Origin: Mycobacteriales bacterium
GTDB lineage: Bacteria; Actinomycetota; Actinomycetes; JAFAQI01
Assembly (NCBI GenBank): GCA_035548125.1
Contig: DASZTV010000024.1
Coordinates: 3,231 to 67,230, forward strand
Length of the DNA stretch: 64,000 nucleotides
Reading direction: 5' to 3'
Positions 55,171-64,000 of the stretch are shown here, in pieces. Within the stretch, counting starts at the first letter, position 1. Each line of letters opens with the position of its first letter. Made by a program: the position numbers and the translations under genes. The notes below the pieces were generated by a model that was not told the origin of the DNA, did no database searches, and saw nothing but the letters and a program-made list of their open reading frames with translations.

Positions 55171-55626
55171 CTACGCGCGGTCGCCTTGATCGTCGTCGTC
55201 GGCGCGCACCCGACCGATCCACTCGAGGTAGAGCGCGCCGGCGACGAGTGCGAGGCCGGCCACGATGCCGACGGCGGCAGTTCGTACGTCGTGGTGAGCG
55301 GTCGTCGAGACCAGCTGCGCGACCCAGCCGAGGAAACCGGCGTAGGCCCCGGCAGCGATCGCACCGACGAGTGAGGACGCCTTGGCCAGAGCGACCAACC
55401 GGGCGACGAAGATCGGCGGTACCGGTCGGGTGCCGGGCCGTCCGTCGAGCCGCGCCTTGGTCACCGCGGCGAGATAGGCCTCTGCGATCGCAAGAGCGAA
55501 CAACGAGACCTGCGCGTAAAGCGTGGGCGAGGGCAGATCCGAGTAGCGGGCGCGCGTCAACAGATAGCCGACCCCGCCGGCGAGGATGCCGGCGACGACG
55601 AGGACGTACCAGCGGGTGGGTCTCAC
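55171..55626 (-). CDS. DUF3180 membrane protein (Rv3605c-like)
   Basis: Four predicted TM helices. GTGA overlap with the folK stop at 55623-55626. Conserved position downstream of folK. Confidence 0.8.
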   Translation of the reverse strand: MRPTRWYVLVVAGILAGGVGYLLTRARYSDLPSPTLYAQVSLFALAIAEAYLAAVTKARLDGRPGTRPVPPIFVARLVALAKASSLVGAIAAGAYAGFLGWVAQLVSTTAHHDVRTAAVGIVAGLALVAGALYLEWIGRVRADDDDQGDRA

Positions 55627-56102
55627 CGGAGTGGCCTCGCCACACGTCGCACCCCTGCCGCACCGATTCGCTCGAGCTCGCGACGCACCGGACCGACACG
55701 GGGTAGCTCGGCGACCGGGTCGACCTCGAGCCAGGGGATGAGGACGAACGCGCGCTCGCGGGCACGCGGGTGCGGTAACGTCAACCGCGGGTCGTCGCTG
55801 ACCTGACCGGCCACGTCGATGACGTCGACGTCGAGGCTGCGAGGACCCCAGCGACGACCGCGCAGCCGTCCCTGCGCCGTCTCCGCGGCCTGCGCGGCAA
55901 CGAACGCCGCCTCCGCGTCCTCGGTGCCGAGCGTTGCGACCACGTTGAGGAAGTCCGGCTGGTCGGTCAGCCCGACCGCGGCCGTCTCGTAGACGCTGGA
56001 CACGGTCAGCACCGGAAGGTGTAGCGAGAGCACCTCGAGGCCGCGGCGCAGCTGTGCGAGCCGGTCTCCGAGGTTGGAACCGAGCGAGACGACAGCGGTC
56101 AT
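55623..56102 (-). CDS. folK: 2-amino-4-hydroxy-6-hydroxymethyldihydropteridine diphosphokinase
   Basis: MTAVVSLGSNLGDR... and PRSLDVDVI motifs. Overlaps the folB stop. Confidence 0.93.
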   Translation of the reverse strand: MTAVVSLGSNLGDRLAQLRRGLEVLSLHLPVLTVSSVYETAAVGLTDQPDFLNVVATLGTEDAEAAFVAAQAAETAQGRLRGRRWGPRSLDVDVIDVAGQVSDDPRLTLPHPRARERAFVLIPWLEVDPVAELPRVGPVRRELERIGAAGVRRVARPLR

Positions 56103-56467
56103 GACGTCGTACGGTCCCGGGTGATCGTGACCGTGACGTCGGCGACCGCGACACCCGTCGGAGCGTCGGGCTTGTGGACCGTGATCTCGACCTCGGACAC
56201 CCGGTCCGACTCGAGGCAGACGTCGGCCAGCCGCTGCGCGAGCGTCTCGATCAGGTTGACCGCCTCGCCCTCGACCACGCCGACCAGGCGCTGCGCCAGT
56301 CCGGCGTAGTCCACCGTGTGGACCAGGTCGTCGCTCGCCGCCGCGAAGCGGGTGTCCACCGACAGGGTCGCGTCGACGATGAACAGCTGCCCTTCGCGAC
56401 GTTCCTGAGGCAGCACGCCGTGGTAGCCGAACGCCCGCAGTCCGACCAGCGCGATCCGGTCCGCCAT
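56099..56467 (-). CDS. folB: dihydroneopterin aldolase
   Basis: DRIALVGLRAFGYHGVLPQERREGQ, DDLVHTVDY and VTVHKP motifs. Confidence 0.93.
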   Translation of the reverse strand: MADRIALVGLRAFGYHGVLPQERREGQLFIVDATLSVDTRFAAASDDLVHTVDYAGLAQRLVGVVEGEAVNLIETLAQRLADVCLESDRVSEVEITVHKPDAPTGVAVADVTVTITRDRTTS

Positions 56468-56505
56468 CGCTACTCCATCCCCTCAGATCCTGCGTCGTCA
56501 GCCGT

Positions 56506-57336
56506 TCAGGCGCCGGCCCGGACCGCCGCCACGACCCTCACCGCGTCCGCACTCGCCGACGTTTCGTGCACCCGCACCCCCCACACGCCGGCCGCGGCTG
56601 CGAGCGCGGTGATGGCGGCGGTGGCTGCATCCCGGCCGGCCATCGGCCGTGGCCCGCTCTCCTCGGCCAGCAACGAGCCGAGGAAGGACTTCCGGCTGGC
56701 ACCGATGAGCACCGGCGGTCCGAGCGCGACGAGCCGGTCGAGGTGGCCGAGCAGCGCCCAGTTGTGTTCCGCGCGCTTCGCGAACCCGATGCCGGGATCG
56801 ACGATGACCGCGTCGGCATCGACGCCGGCCGCGACCACCTCCTCCAGCCGCGCGGACAGCTCGGCGCAGACCTCGGCGACGACGTCGCCGTACGTCGCCT
56901 TCTGGTACATGTCCGCGCTGTGCCCCCGCCAGTGCATGACCACGTACGGAACCTTCGCATCAGCGACCAGGCGAGGCAGCTCGGGGTCGGCAAGTCCGCC
57001 GGACACGTCGTTGACGATCCGCGCGCCTGCGTCGAGCGCCGCGGCTGCGGTCTCGCGCCGCATCGTGTCGATGCTCACCAGCAGGCCCTCGGCGCTCAGC
57101 GCGGAGACCACCGGAAGCACCCGGCGCAGCTCCTCGGCCGCCTCGACCCGCGCCGCACCCGGCCGGGTGGACTCGCCGCCGACGTCGAGGATGTCGGCAC
57201 CCGACGCCGCCAGGGCAAGACCGTGCGAGATGGCGACGTCCGTGTCGAAGTGCGCGCCGGACTCGCTGAACGAGTCGGGTGTGACGTTGACCACGCCCAT
57301 GACCGCGGTACGACCGAGGTCGGGCAGACCCGACAC
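56506..57336 (-). CDS. folP: dihydropteroate synthase
   Basis: VMGVVNVTPDSFS, GADILDVGGESTRPG, VSIDT, DPGIGFAK motifs. Confidence 0.95.
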   Translation of the reverse strand: MSGLPDLGRTAVMGVVNVTPDSFSESGAHFDTDVAISHGLALAASGADILDVGGESTRPGAARVEAAEELRRVLPVVSALSAEGLLVSIDTMRRETAAAALDAGARIVNDVSGGLADPELPRLVADAKVPYVVMHWRGHSADMYQKATYGDVVAEVCAELSARLEEVVAAGVDADAVIVDPGIGFAKRAEHNWALLGHLDRLVALGPPVLIGASRKSFLGSLLAEESGPRPMAGRDAATAAITALAAAAGVWGVRVHETSASADAVRVVAAVRAGA

Positions 57337-57338
57337 GC

Positions 57339-59495
57339 TCAGGCGGTGGTCCCGGGTGCTTGCCGGCGAGTCGCCCGCTTGCGCGGTGCTGGCGACTCAG
57401 GATCCTTGGCGGCCCGGTTGGCACGGCTGCGCGAGCCGGCCGCCGAGCGCGAGCCGTTGCGGCCGGTGGACTTCGACCGGGACCCGTTGCCGTTGGCGAG
57501 ACCCGCGACGTCCTTGGGACCCATCAGCGCGAGCTCGGCAGGAGTGAGAACCGGCGGGCGGCCGTTCGGGGCCTTGCGCGCCGTCACGATCTTGCGCGCC
57601 GGGCGCTTGTCGACCGACTTGAAGATCTCCTGGAGGTCCGCCTTGGACAGCGTTTCCTTGTCCAGCAGCTTCAGCACCATGTCGTCCAGGACGTCGCGGT
57701 ACTGGACCAGGATCTCCCACGCCTCGTCATGGGCCCGTTCGATCAGCTCGCGAACCTCGTCGTCGATCATCGACGCGACCTCTTCGGAGAAGTCACGCTC
57801 GTGGCCGAGGTCCCGCCCGAGAAACACGTCGCCCTCGGTACGGCCGAACTTCAGCGGGCCGAGCTTCTCGCTCATGCCGTAGGTCATCACCATCGCGCGC
57901 GCGGTGGCGGTGGCCTTCTCGATGTCGTTGGAGGCGCCGGTCGTCGGCTCGTGGAAGACCAGCTCCTCAGCCGCCCGACCGCCCAATGCGTAGGCCAGCA
58001 TGTCCATCATCTCGGAGCGGGTCTGGTTGTACTTGTCTTCCTCCGGGAGGACGAGCGTGTGGCCCAGCGAACGGCCGCGAGCGATGATGCTGATCTTGTG
58101 CACCGGGTCCGTGTTGGGCAGTGCCCACGCGACCAGGGCGTGGCCGCCCTCGTGGTAGGCGGTGACCTTCTTCTCGGCCTCGCTCATCACGCGGGTCTTG
58201 CGCATCGGCCCCGCGATCACCCGGTCGATCGACTCCTCGAGCAGGTTGGTGTTGATCTGCTTCGCGTCGGTGCGCGCGGTGAGCAGCGCGGCCTCGTTGA
58301 TCACGTTGGCCAGGTCGGCGCCCGTGAAGCCCGGCGTGCGCCGTGCGATCACGCCGAGGTCGACATCCGTGGCGAACGGCTTGCCCTTCGCGTGCACCGC
58401 AAGGATCGCCTTGCGGCCCTCGAGATCCGGGCGGTCGACGACGATCTGGCGGTCGAACCGGCCGGGCCGCAGCAACGCGGGGTCGAGGATGTCGGGCCGG
58501 TTGGTCGCGGCGATGAGGATGACGCCGCGGTTGACGTCGAAGCCGTCCATCTCGACCAGCATCTGGTTGAGGGTCTGCTCGCGTTCGTCGTGGCCGCCGC
58601 CGAGCCCGGCGCCGCGGTGACGCCCGACGGCGTCGATCTCGTCGACGAAGATGATCGCGGGGGCGTTGGCCTTCGCCTGCTCGAACAGGTCGCGCACGCG
58701 GGACGCGCCGACACCGACGAACATCTCGACGAAGTCCGAACCCGAGATCGAGTAGAACGGCACCCCCGCCTCGCCGGCAACCGCTCGGGCGAGCAGGGTC
58801 TTGCCGGTGCCCGGCGGGCCGTAGAGCAGGACGCCCTTGGGGATCTTCGCGCCGATCGCCTGGAACTTCGCGGGGTTCTCGAGGAACTCCTTGATCTCCT
58901 GAAGCTCCTCGATCGCCTCGTCGGCGCCGGCCACGTCGGCGAAAGTGGTCTTCGGGGTGTCCTTGCTGACCAGCTTGGCGCGGGCCTTGCCGAACTGCAT
59001 GACGCGGCCGCCGCCGCCCTGCATCTGGTTCAGGAAGAAGATCATCACCGCGATGATCAGCACGACCGGCAGCAGGTTCTCGAGTAGCGAGACCAGCAGG
59101 CTGGGATGGTTGACCTTCACGTTGAAGAAGGTCTTCGACTCGTTGAGCTCCTGGACGAGCGGCGTGCTGTAGTCGACCGTGAACGGAGACTGGACCTTCT
59201 GCGCTCCGTCGATCGTCACCCCGCGGCGCAGCGTGACCTGGACCTGCTGCTCCTTGTCGAGCACGACGGCGCTGGACACCTGGTGGTTGGCGATGGCGCG
59301 TTCGATGCGGGGCAGCGCGACGTTCTTGTAGCCGCCGCCGGACGCCGCGACTTCGAGCAGCCCGAAGACGACCAGGATCGCCAGGACAACCCAGAGAACC
59401 GGGCCCCGGAAGGTCCGTCGCACGTTGATTGCTCCTGCTCGCCGCAGCGGATTTGGACGGGTGATACGGCCTTTTCGGCTCATACGACGGTACAC
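57339..59495 (-). CDS. ftsH: ATP-dependent zinc metalloprotease FtsH
   Basis: N-terminal TM helices, AAA+ motifs ([17 protein letters not shown]), zinc site HEGGHAL, and a basic disordered tail. Alternative start ATG 59483. Confidence 0.96.
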   Translation of the reverse strand: MYRRMSRKGRITRPNPLRRAGAINVRRTFRGPVLWVVLAILVVFGLLEVAASGGGYKNVALPRIERAIANHQVSSAVVLDKEQQVQVTLRRGVTIDGAQKVQSPFTVDYSTPLVQELNESKTFFNVKVNHPSLLVSLLENLLPVVLIIAVMIFFLNQMQGGGGRVMQFGKARAKLVSKDTPKTTFADVAGADEAIEELQEIKEFLENPAKFQAIGAKIPKGVLLYGPPGTGKTLLARAVAGEAGVPFYSISGSDFVEMFVGVGASRVRDLFEQAKANAPAIIFVDEIDAVGRHRGAGLGGGHDEREQTLNQMLVEMDGFDVNRGVILIAATNRPDILDPALLRPGRFDRQIVVDRPDLEGRKAILAVHAKGKPFATDVDLGVIARRTPGFTGADLANVINEAALLTARTDAKQINTNLLEESIDRVIAGPMRKTRVMSEAEKKVTAYHEGGHALVAWALPNTDPVHKISIIARGRSLGHTLVLPEEDKYNQTRSEMMDMLAYALGGRAAEELVFHEPTTGASNDIEKATATARAMVMTYGMSEKLGPLKFGRTEGDVFLGRDLGHERDFSEEVASMIDDEVRELIERAHDEAWEILVQYRDVLDDMVLKLLDKETLSKADLQEIFKSVDKRPARKIVTARKAPNGRPPVLTPAELALMGPKDVAGLANGNGSRSKSTGRNGSRSAAGSRSRANRAAKDPESPAPRKRATRRQAPGTTA

Positions 59496-59553
59496 CGGTG
59501 AGCTGAAGCCCGCCGGGCCGTGCTAACGGGCCTGGGTGGCGGCGCCACCCGGG

Positions 59554-60162
59554 TCAGTGCGTGTAGACCTCGGGGCGCAGCGTTCCCACGTACGGCAGCT
59601 CCCGGTATCGCTGGGCGTAGTCCAGGCCGTACCCCACGACGAACACGCTCGGGATGTCGAATCCCATGTACGCGACCGGCACCTGCACCTGGGCCGCCTC
59701 AGGCTTGCGGAGCATCGCCACGACCTCGACCGTGCGCGGGTGGCGCGAGCGCAGATTACGGAGCAACCAGGACAAAGTGAGCCCGGAGTCGATGATGTCC
59801 TCGACCACGAGCACGTCGCAGTCGGTGATGTCCCGGTCGAGGTCCTTCAGGATCCGAACCACTCCCGAGGAGGACGTGGCTGACCCGTACGACGACACCG
59901 CCATGAACTCCATCGACACGGGGATGGTGAGGGCCCGAGCGAGGTCGGCCATGACCATCACGGCGCCCTTCAGCACACCGACCAGGACGATCTCGCGGCC
60001 GGCGTAGTCGGCGTCGATCCGCGCCGCCAGCTCCTTGATCTTCTCGGCGATCTGCTCAGCCGAGACCAGCACCGACTCGACGTCAGGGTGGAGCCCGGCC
60101 GGGGGCACGGCAGCCTCATCCATCGGGTGCAACGACTCAACGGGCAGCAGCGGCGCGGTCAT
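59554..60162 (-). CDS. hpt: hypoxanthine phosphoribosyltransferase
   Basis: PRPP-binding motif [13 protein letters not shown]. Overlaps the tilS stop. Confidence 0.93.
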   Translation of the reverse strand: MTAPLLPVESLHPMDEAAVPPAGLHPDVESVLVSAEQIAEKIKELAARIDADYAGREIVLVGVLKGAVMVMADLARALTIPVSMEFMAVSSYGSATSSSGVVRILKDLDRDITDCDVLVVEDIIDSGLTLSWLLRNLRSRHPRTVEVVAMLRKPEAAQVQVPVAYMGFDIPSVFVVGYGLDYAQRYRELPYVGTLRPEVYTH

Positions 60163-61109
60163 CGAAACGAAAGCCTGTCACACGCCCGGTGAGCCTCCAA
60201 CCCCCCGGGCAGGCTCACCGCTCCCTGACCGTGCCAGTCGATCACCAGTGCGTCGATCGACGCGACGTGCGCCGCGGTCAGCGAGCCCGCCGGCGAGCCC
60301 GCCTCGATCGCGGCACGCCGCAACACCCGGGTACGGACCGCGGCGGGCAGGTCGCGCAGCACCCCCACGTCGGTCGGGTCCGTGACGGAGGACGCCCAGA
60401 GGTCCAGGGCGTCGGCGTCCGCGCGCAACAGGTCCGCGGAACGAGCGAGCGCGGCGGGCACTGCGGGGCCGAGCGCCTCGATCAAGGCGGGCATCGCCGA
60501 GGTCCGGACCCGGACCCGGGCGAAGTCCGCGCTGGTGTTGTGCGGGTCGTACCAGGGCTCGAGCCCGAGCGCCTCGCAGGCGGCGACGGTGGTCTCCCGG
60601 CTCAGCCCGAGCAGTGGGCGAAGGAAGCGCCCGCGGCGCGTCGGCATCCCGGACAGCGAGCGCGCGCCCGACCCCCGTGCCAGGCCGAGCAGCACCGTCT
60701 CGGCCTGGTCGTCCAGGGTGTGCCCGAGCCCCACCGCTGCGGCGCCGTGCTCCGTCGCCACCCGTTCCAGCGCGTCGTAGCGCGCGGCACGAGCGGCCGC
60801 CTCCAAACCGGCCGGATCCTGACGATCGACGCTGACGGTCGCGATCTCCACAGGTGTCAGCCCCAGCTCGACGCAGGTCTTGGCGGCAACCCTGGCCTGT
60901 TCCGCCGCGCCTTCCTGCAGGTCGTGGTCGACGACGACGGCGCCAGCACGCCGGCCGCGTCGCGGCGCCTCGGCCGCGAGCGCGGCGGCAAGGGCGAGGG
61001 AGTCCGGCCCTCCGCTGCACGCGGCCAGCACCAGTGACTCCCCGGGCAGGTCGGAGATCGCAGCGCGCACCGCATGACGCACCGCCGCAACCGCGGGATG
61101 CATCTTCAT
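60159..61109 (-). CDS. tilS: tRNA(Ile)-lysidine synthase
   Basis: PP-loop [30 protein letters not shown]. Confidence 0.92.
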   Translation of the reverse strand: MKMHPAVAAVRHAVRAAISDLPGESLVLAACSGGPDSLALAAALAAEAPRRGRRAGAVVVDHDLQEGAAEQARVAAKTCVELGLTPVEIATVSVDRQDPAGLEAAARAARYDALERVATEHGAAAVGLGHTLDDQAETVLLGLARGSGARSLSGMPTRRGRFLRPLLGLSRETTVAACEALGLEPWYDPHNTSADFARVRVRTSAMPALIEALGPAVPAALARSADLLRADADALDLWASSVTDPTDVGVLRDLPAAVRTRVLRRAAIEAGSPAGSLTAAHVASIDALVIDWHGQGAVSLPGGLEAHRACDRLSFR

Positions 61110-61121
61110 GTCGAGCCGGTC

Positions 61122-62216
61122 TCAGCTGGCGGCGGTACGCGGCGAGCCCGCCCGCTCGAGCCACAGTTTCGGCTCGCGGATCTCCGCGCCGGTCGGCAGC
61201 AGCTCCGGACTCGACCAGACGGCGTTGAGACCCGGCATCCCGATCTCCTCGATCACGGCGCGGACGAACCGCGCGCCCTCGGCGTACTGCTTCATCTTCA
61301 TCTCGATGCCCATGACACGGCGCATGACGCGGGTCAGCGGACCGCTGTCGCGACGTCGCACCTCGAAGCGCGAGCGGATCACCTCGACGCTCGGCACCAC
61401 CGACGGCCCGGCAAGGTCCATGACGACGTCGGCGTGGCCCTCGAGCAGGCTCATCAGACCGGTGAGCCGGTCCAGGACCACCTTCTGCTCCGGCGTCTGC
61501 ACCAGCTCGACGAGGCTCACGTCATCGCGACCCCGTGCCACGTCGACCAGCCCGGACAGCACCTGCCGGAGCCGAGCGAGCAGTGCGGCGGTGTCCAGCT
61601 CGGAAGCGAGCAGGAACTCGCGAAGCAGACCCTGGACGTGGCCGTGCAACCACGGCGCCGACGCGAACTGGGTGCGGTGGGTGACCTCATGCAGGCAGAC
61701 CCACAGCCGAAAGTCACCGGAGTCGACCTGCATCGCCCGCTCGGCCGCGACGATGTTGGGAGCGACCAGCGTGAGGCGACCGGGCACGTCGTCATCAGGA
61801 GAGGTACGAGGCGGTCCGAGCAGCTCGAACTGACCGAGCACGCGGGTCGCCAGGTAGCTGAGCAGCAAGCCGACCTCGACACCGGTGACCCGGGCGCCGA
61901 CGGAGACGACTGCCTTCCCCGGCATCGCCCCGCCACGCTTCTCGAGCAGCGCGTCGATCAGCGGGTCGGCGAGCAGCGCGAAGCTGTCGACATTGGCCTG
62001 GATCCACGCGGGCCGGTCGACGACCACCGTCGTGGCGCTGCCGGCGGCGACGTCGAGCCCGGTCACGGCGGCGACATGCTCGTCGGCCTGAGCGGCCTTC
62101 CTGCGGAGGTCCTCGACGGTCGCGACGGCATCGGCGAGCGGGATGCGAGGGCCCGGCGGCACGAGGCGCTTGCCGGTCTGCGCCGCGAGGCGCCAGTCGA
62201 CCACCCGCATGCTCAC
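61122..62216 (-). CDS. zinc-dependent metalloprotease (Rv3626c-like)
   Basis: 364-aa ORF with the HExxH motif LHEVTHRTQF. Conserved position between dacB and tilS. Confidence 0.85.
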   Translation of the reverse strand: MSMRVVDWRLAAQTGKRLVPPGPRIPLADAVATVEDLRRKAAQADEHVAAVTGLDVAAGSATTVVVDRPAWIQANVDSFALLADPLIDALLEKRGGAMPGKAVVSVGARVTGVEVGLLLSYLATRVLGQFELLGPPRTSPDDDVPGRLTLVAPNIVAAERAMQVDSGDFRLWVCLHEVTHRTQFASAPWLHGHVQGLLREFLLASELDTAALLARLRQVLSGLVDVARGRDDVSLVELVQTPEQKVVLDRLTGLMSLLEGHADVVMDLAGPSVVPSVEVIRSRFEVRRRDSGPLTRVMRRVMGIEMKMKQYAEGARFVRAVIEEIGMPGLNAVWSSPELLPTGAEIREPKLWLERAGSPRTAAS

Positions 62217-63619
62217 GGCTCCAGTGTGCCTGCGCCGGCGGGAGCGCCGAGTCCGGCCAGGGCCGAGGTGATGCGATCCAGGCCCTGCTCGACCTCGGCC
62301 TCGGTCCCCTGCCCTGCCGCGAGGAACGCGAACGCGATGAGCCGCCCACCGGCGTCGACGACGACTCCCGCGAGGCTGTTCACCCCGACCAGCGTTCCCG
62401 TCTTGGCGCGCACCAGTCCGGCGCCGGACTTGGCGCCGTGCCCGAGATAGCGGTCGGCGAGCGTACCGGTGAACCCGCCGATCGGCAGGCCGTCGAGCAC
62501 CGACCTCAGCACCGGGTGCTCCGGGGACGCCGCGGCACGTAGCACCGTGACGAGGGCGGCCGCGTCGAGCCGGTCGTCGTGAGAGAGCCCGCTGGTGTCC
62601 TTCAAGATCACTGAGCCGGTCTGCACCCCGAGGTTTGCCGCCTCCCTCGTCACGGCCGTCGCCGCGCCGGTGAAGTCGGTGCTCAGCCCGTCATGCGCCG
62701 CGACGGCGCGACCGAGGGCCTCCGCCAGGTCGTTGTCGCTCGCGGTGAGCAGCCGTTGGACCAGCGCGGAAAGCGGCGGGGAGGACACCTCCGCGAGCGG
62801 GGTCGCCGTATCGGGCGCCGTCGCCGCCTTCACGTCTCCTTTGATCCTGACGCCGTCGGCGCGCAGCAGCTCCTCGAACGCGCTGACCGCTTGAGCGGTC
62901 GGCGTGGGCGTGCGTTCCGAATCGAAGTTGTCCGGATGAAGCCGCCCGCCGTCCAGCTCCAGCGCGCTGGGCGGGGTGACGTCGCCCTCGGTGACGTAGT
63001 CCGGTGACCAGCCCTCCGCGAGCGCTGGCCCGCTCCACGCGGAGGTGTCGACCCGCAGCCGGACCGGCACCCCCGCCGGCAACCCGGCAGCCGTGGCCTG
63101 CGCGAGGTCGGCGAGCGTCGCGGGCTGCGGGTAGCCGGGCGCGAAAGGCGACTCGGCGCTGCCGACCAGGGTCGGGTCCCCACCGCCGACCAGGTAGACC
63201 GTGTCGCCCAGCTCTTTGGTCTCGGTGGTGAAGTGGAAGTCCGCGCCGAGTGCCTGCAACGCCGCGCAGGCGGTCAGCAGCTTGGTGGTCGACGCCGGCG
63301 CCATGGGGGTGCGGGCGCCCTGCGCCCAGAGCGTCCGGCCGCTCATCACGTCGACCACGCTGCCGACCAGCTGTTCGCCGGTCGGAAGCGACCCGACCGC
63401 GGCGTCAATCGCCGCCGTCGAGAGCGTTGCGCGCGGCGCTGCCGTCGAGGTCGCAACGGAGGCGAGAATCGTCTCCCGCGCAGCCGATGCGGTGGTCGCC
63501 GGCGACGGCGACGCCGCCGTTCCCGACCGGTCCGACTCGTTGCGGTCGACGGCGACGAAGACCGCCGCCGCGGTGACCGCAGTCGCGATCGTCAGGGGGA
63601 GAATGTTGCGCCGACGCAC
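62213..63619 (-). CDS. dacB: D-alanyl-D-alanine carboxypeptidase/endopeptidase (PBP4 family)
   Basis: SxxK (PASTTKLLT), SDN (ASDND) and KTGT (KTGTLVGV) motifs with an N-terminal anchor. Start placed at GTG 63619 (alternative 63631) so that it does not overlap ppa. The track ORF extends to 63775. Confidence 0.88.
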   Translation of the reverse strand: MRRRNILPLTIATAVTAAAVFVAVDRNESDRSGTAASPSPATTASAARETILASVATSTAAPRATLSTAAIDAAVGSLPTGEQLVGSVVDVMSGRTLWAQGARTPMAPASTTKLLTACAALQALGADFHFTTETKELGDTVYLVGGGDPTLVGSAESPFAPGYPQPATLADLAQATAAGLPAGVPVRLRVDTSAWSGPALAEGWSPDYVTEGDVTPPSALELDGGRLHPDNFDSERTPTPTAQAVSAFEELLRADGVRIKGDVKAATAPDTATPLAEVSSPPLSALVQRLLTASDNDLAEALGRAVAAHDGLSTDFTGAATAVTREAANLGVQTGSVILKDTSGLSHDDRLDAAALVTVLRAAASPEHPVLRSVLDGLPIGGFTGTLADRYLGHGAKSGAGLVRAKTGTLVGVNSLAGVVVDAGGRLIAFAFLAAGQGTEAEVEQGLDRITSALAGLGAPAGAGTLEP

Positions 63620-63668
63620 GTACAGGCACACTAATCGGCGTCCCGGTCTGCGTTCTAAGGAGTCTCGC

Positions 63669-64000
63669 GTGGAGTTCGACGTCTTCATCGAGATCCCCAA
63701 GGGATGCCGCAACAAGTACGAGGTCGACCACACCTCCGGCCGGCTCCGGCTGGATCGCACGCTGTTTACCGCCACGCAGTACCCCGCCGACTACGGCTTC
63801 ATCGAGAACACCCTCGGCGAGGACGGCGACCCGCTGGACGCGCTCGTCCTGCTCACCGAGCCGACGTTTCCCGGGTGCCTGATCCTCTGCCGGGCGATCG
63901 GCATGTTCCGGATGACGGACGAGAAGGGCGGCGACGACAAGGTCCTCTGCGTTCCGGCCAACGACCCGCGCCAGGAGCACCTACGCGACATCCACCACCT
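63669..64000 (+). CDS. ppa: inorganic pyrophosphatase; 3' end runs off the window
   Basis: Not in the track because there is no stop in the window. GTG 63669 is preceded by AAGGAG. Hand translation gives [61 protein letters not shown]... Confidence 0.9.
   Translation, partial: MEFDVFIEIPKGCRNKYEVDHTSGRLRLDRTLFTATQYPADYGFIENTLGEDGDPLDALVLLTEPTFPGCLILCRAIGMFRMTDEKGGDDKVLCVPANDPRQEHLRDIHH

Overview
Very GC-rich actinobacterial chromosomal core region, densely packed with about 70 protein-coding genes. I saw no rRNA, tRNA, CRISPR array, transposase or integrase. The six-frame track is full of long Arg/Pro/Gly-rich antisense ORFs typical of high-GC DNA. I chose real genes by recognisable protein motifs, start/stop coupling (many ATGA/GTGA overlaps) and synteny.

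Gene order follows two blocks that, as I recall, are conserved in Mycobacterium and contiguous in Streptomyces:
- Block 1: hemB-hemD-hemC-hemA-rex, then bldN/rsbN-like sigma/anti-sigma, then HAD/acyltransferase/epimerase, bS22, Rv0500A-like HTH and proC.
- Block 2: radA-disA, mutY, clpC1-lsr2-lysS-coaX-panD-panC, then folK-folB-folP-ftsH-hpt-tilS-dacB-ppa.

Three lineage-specific insertions interrupt this backbone:
- (i) 7.1-16.2 kb: acyl-CoA ligase, an amidase with a previously unlisted 51-aa partner ORF, a class A PBP, and a bldN/rsbN-like pair followed by an unclassifiable LPXTG surface protein.
- (ii) 29.3-34.1 kb: an orphan cheB-cheR(TPR)-cheW module with no CheA or MCP, followed by a secreted esterase. 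A 17-bp perfect inverted repeat sits on the cheW/esterase junction.
- (iii) 44.9-55.2 kb: a MidA/NDUFAF7-family methyltransferase, a two-component system divergent from an ABC-2 exporter operon that ends in a stand-alone NuoD (complex I 49-kDa)-like protein, and an Opu-type compatible-solute ABC system with its ATPase inverted.

Two genes fall below the 60-aa track cutoff and were found by hand translation: ribosomal protein bS22 and an AtzG/GatC-like mini-ORF. A near-consensus Rex operator lies upstream of rex.

Family names are assigned from motif recognition and remembered synteny. No database search was run.
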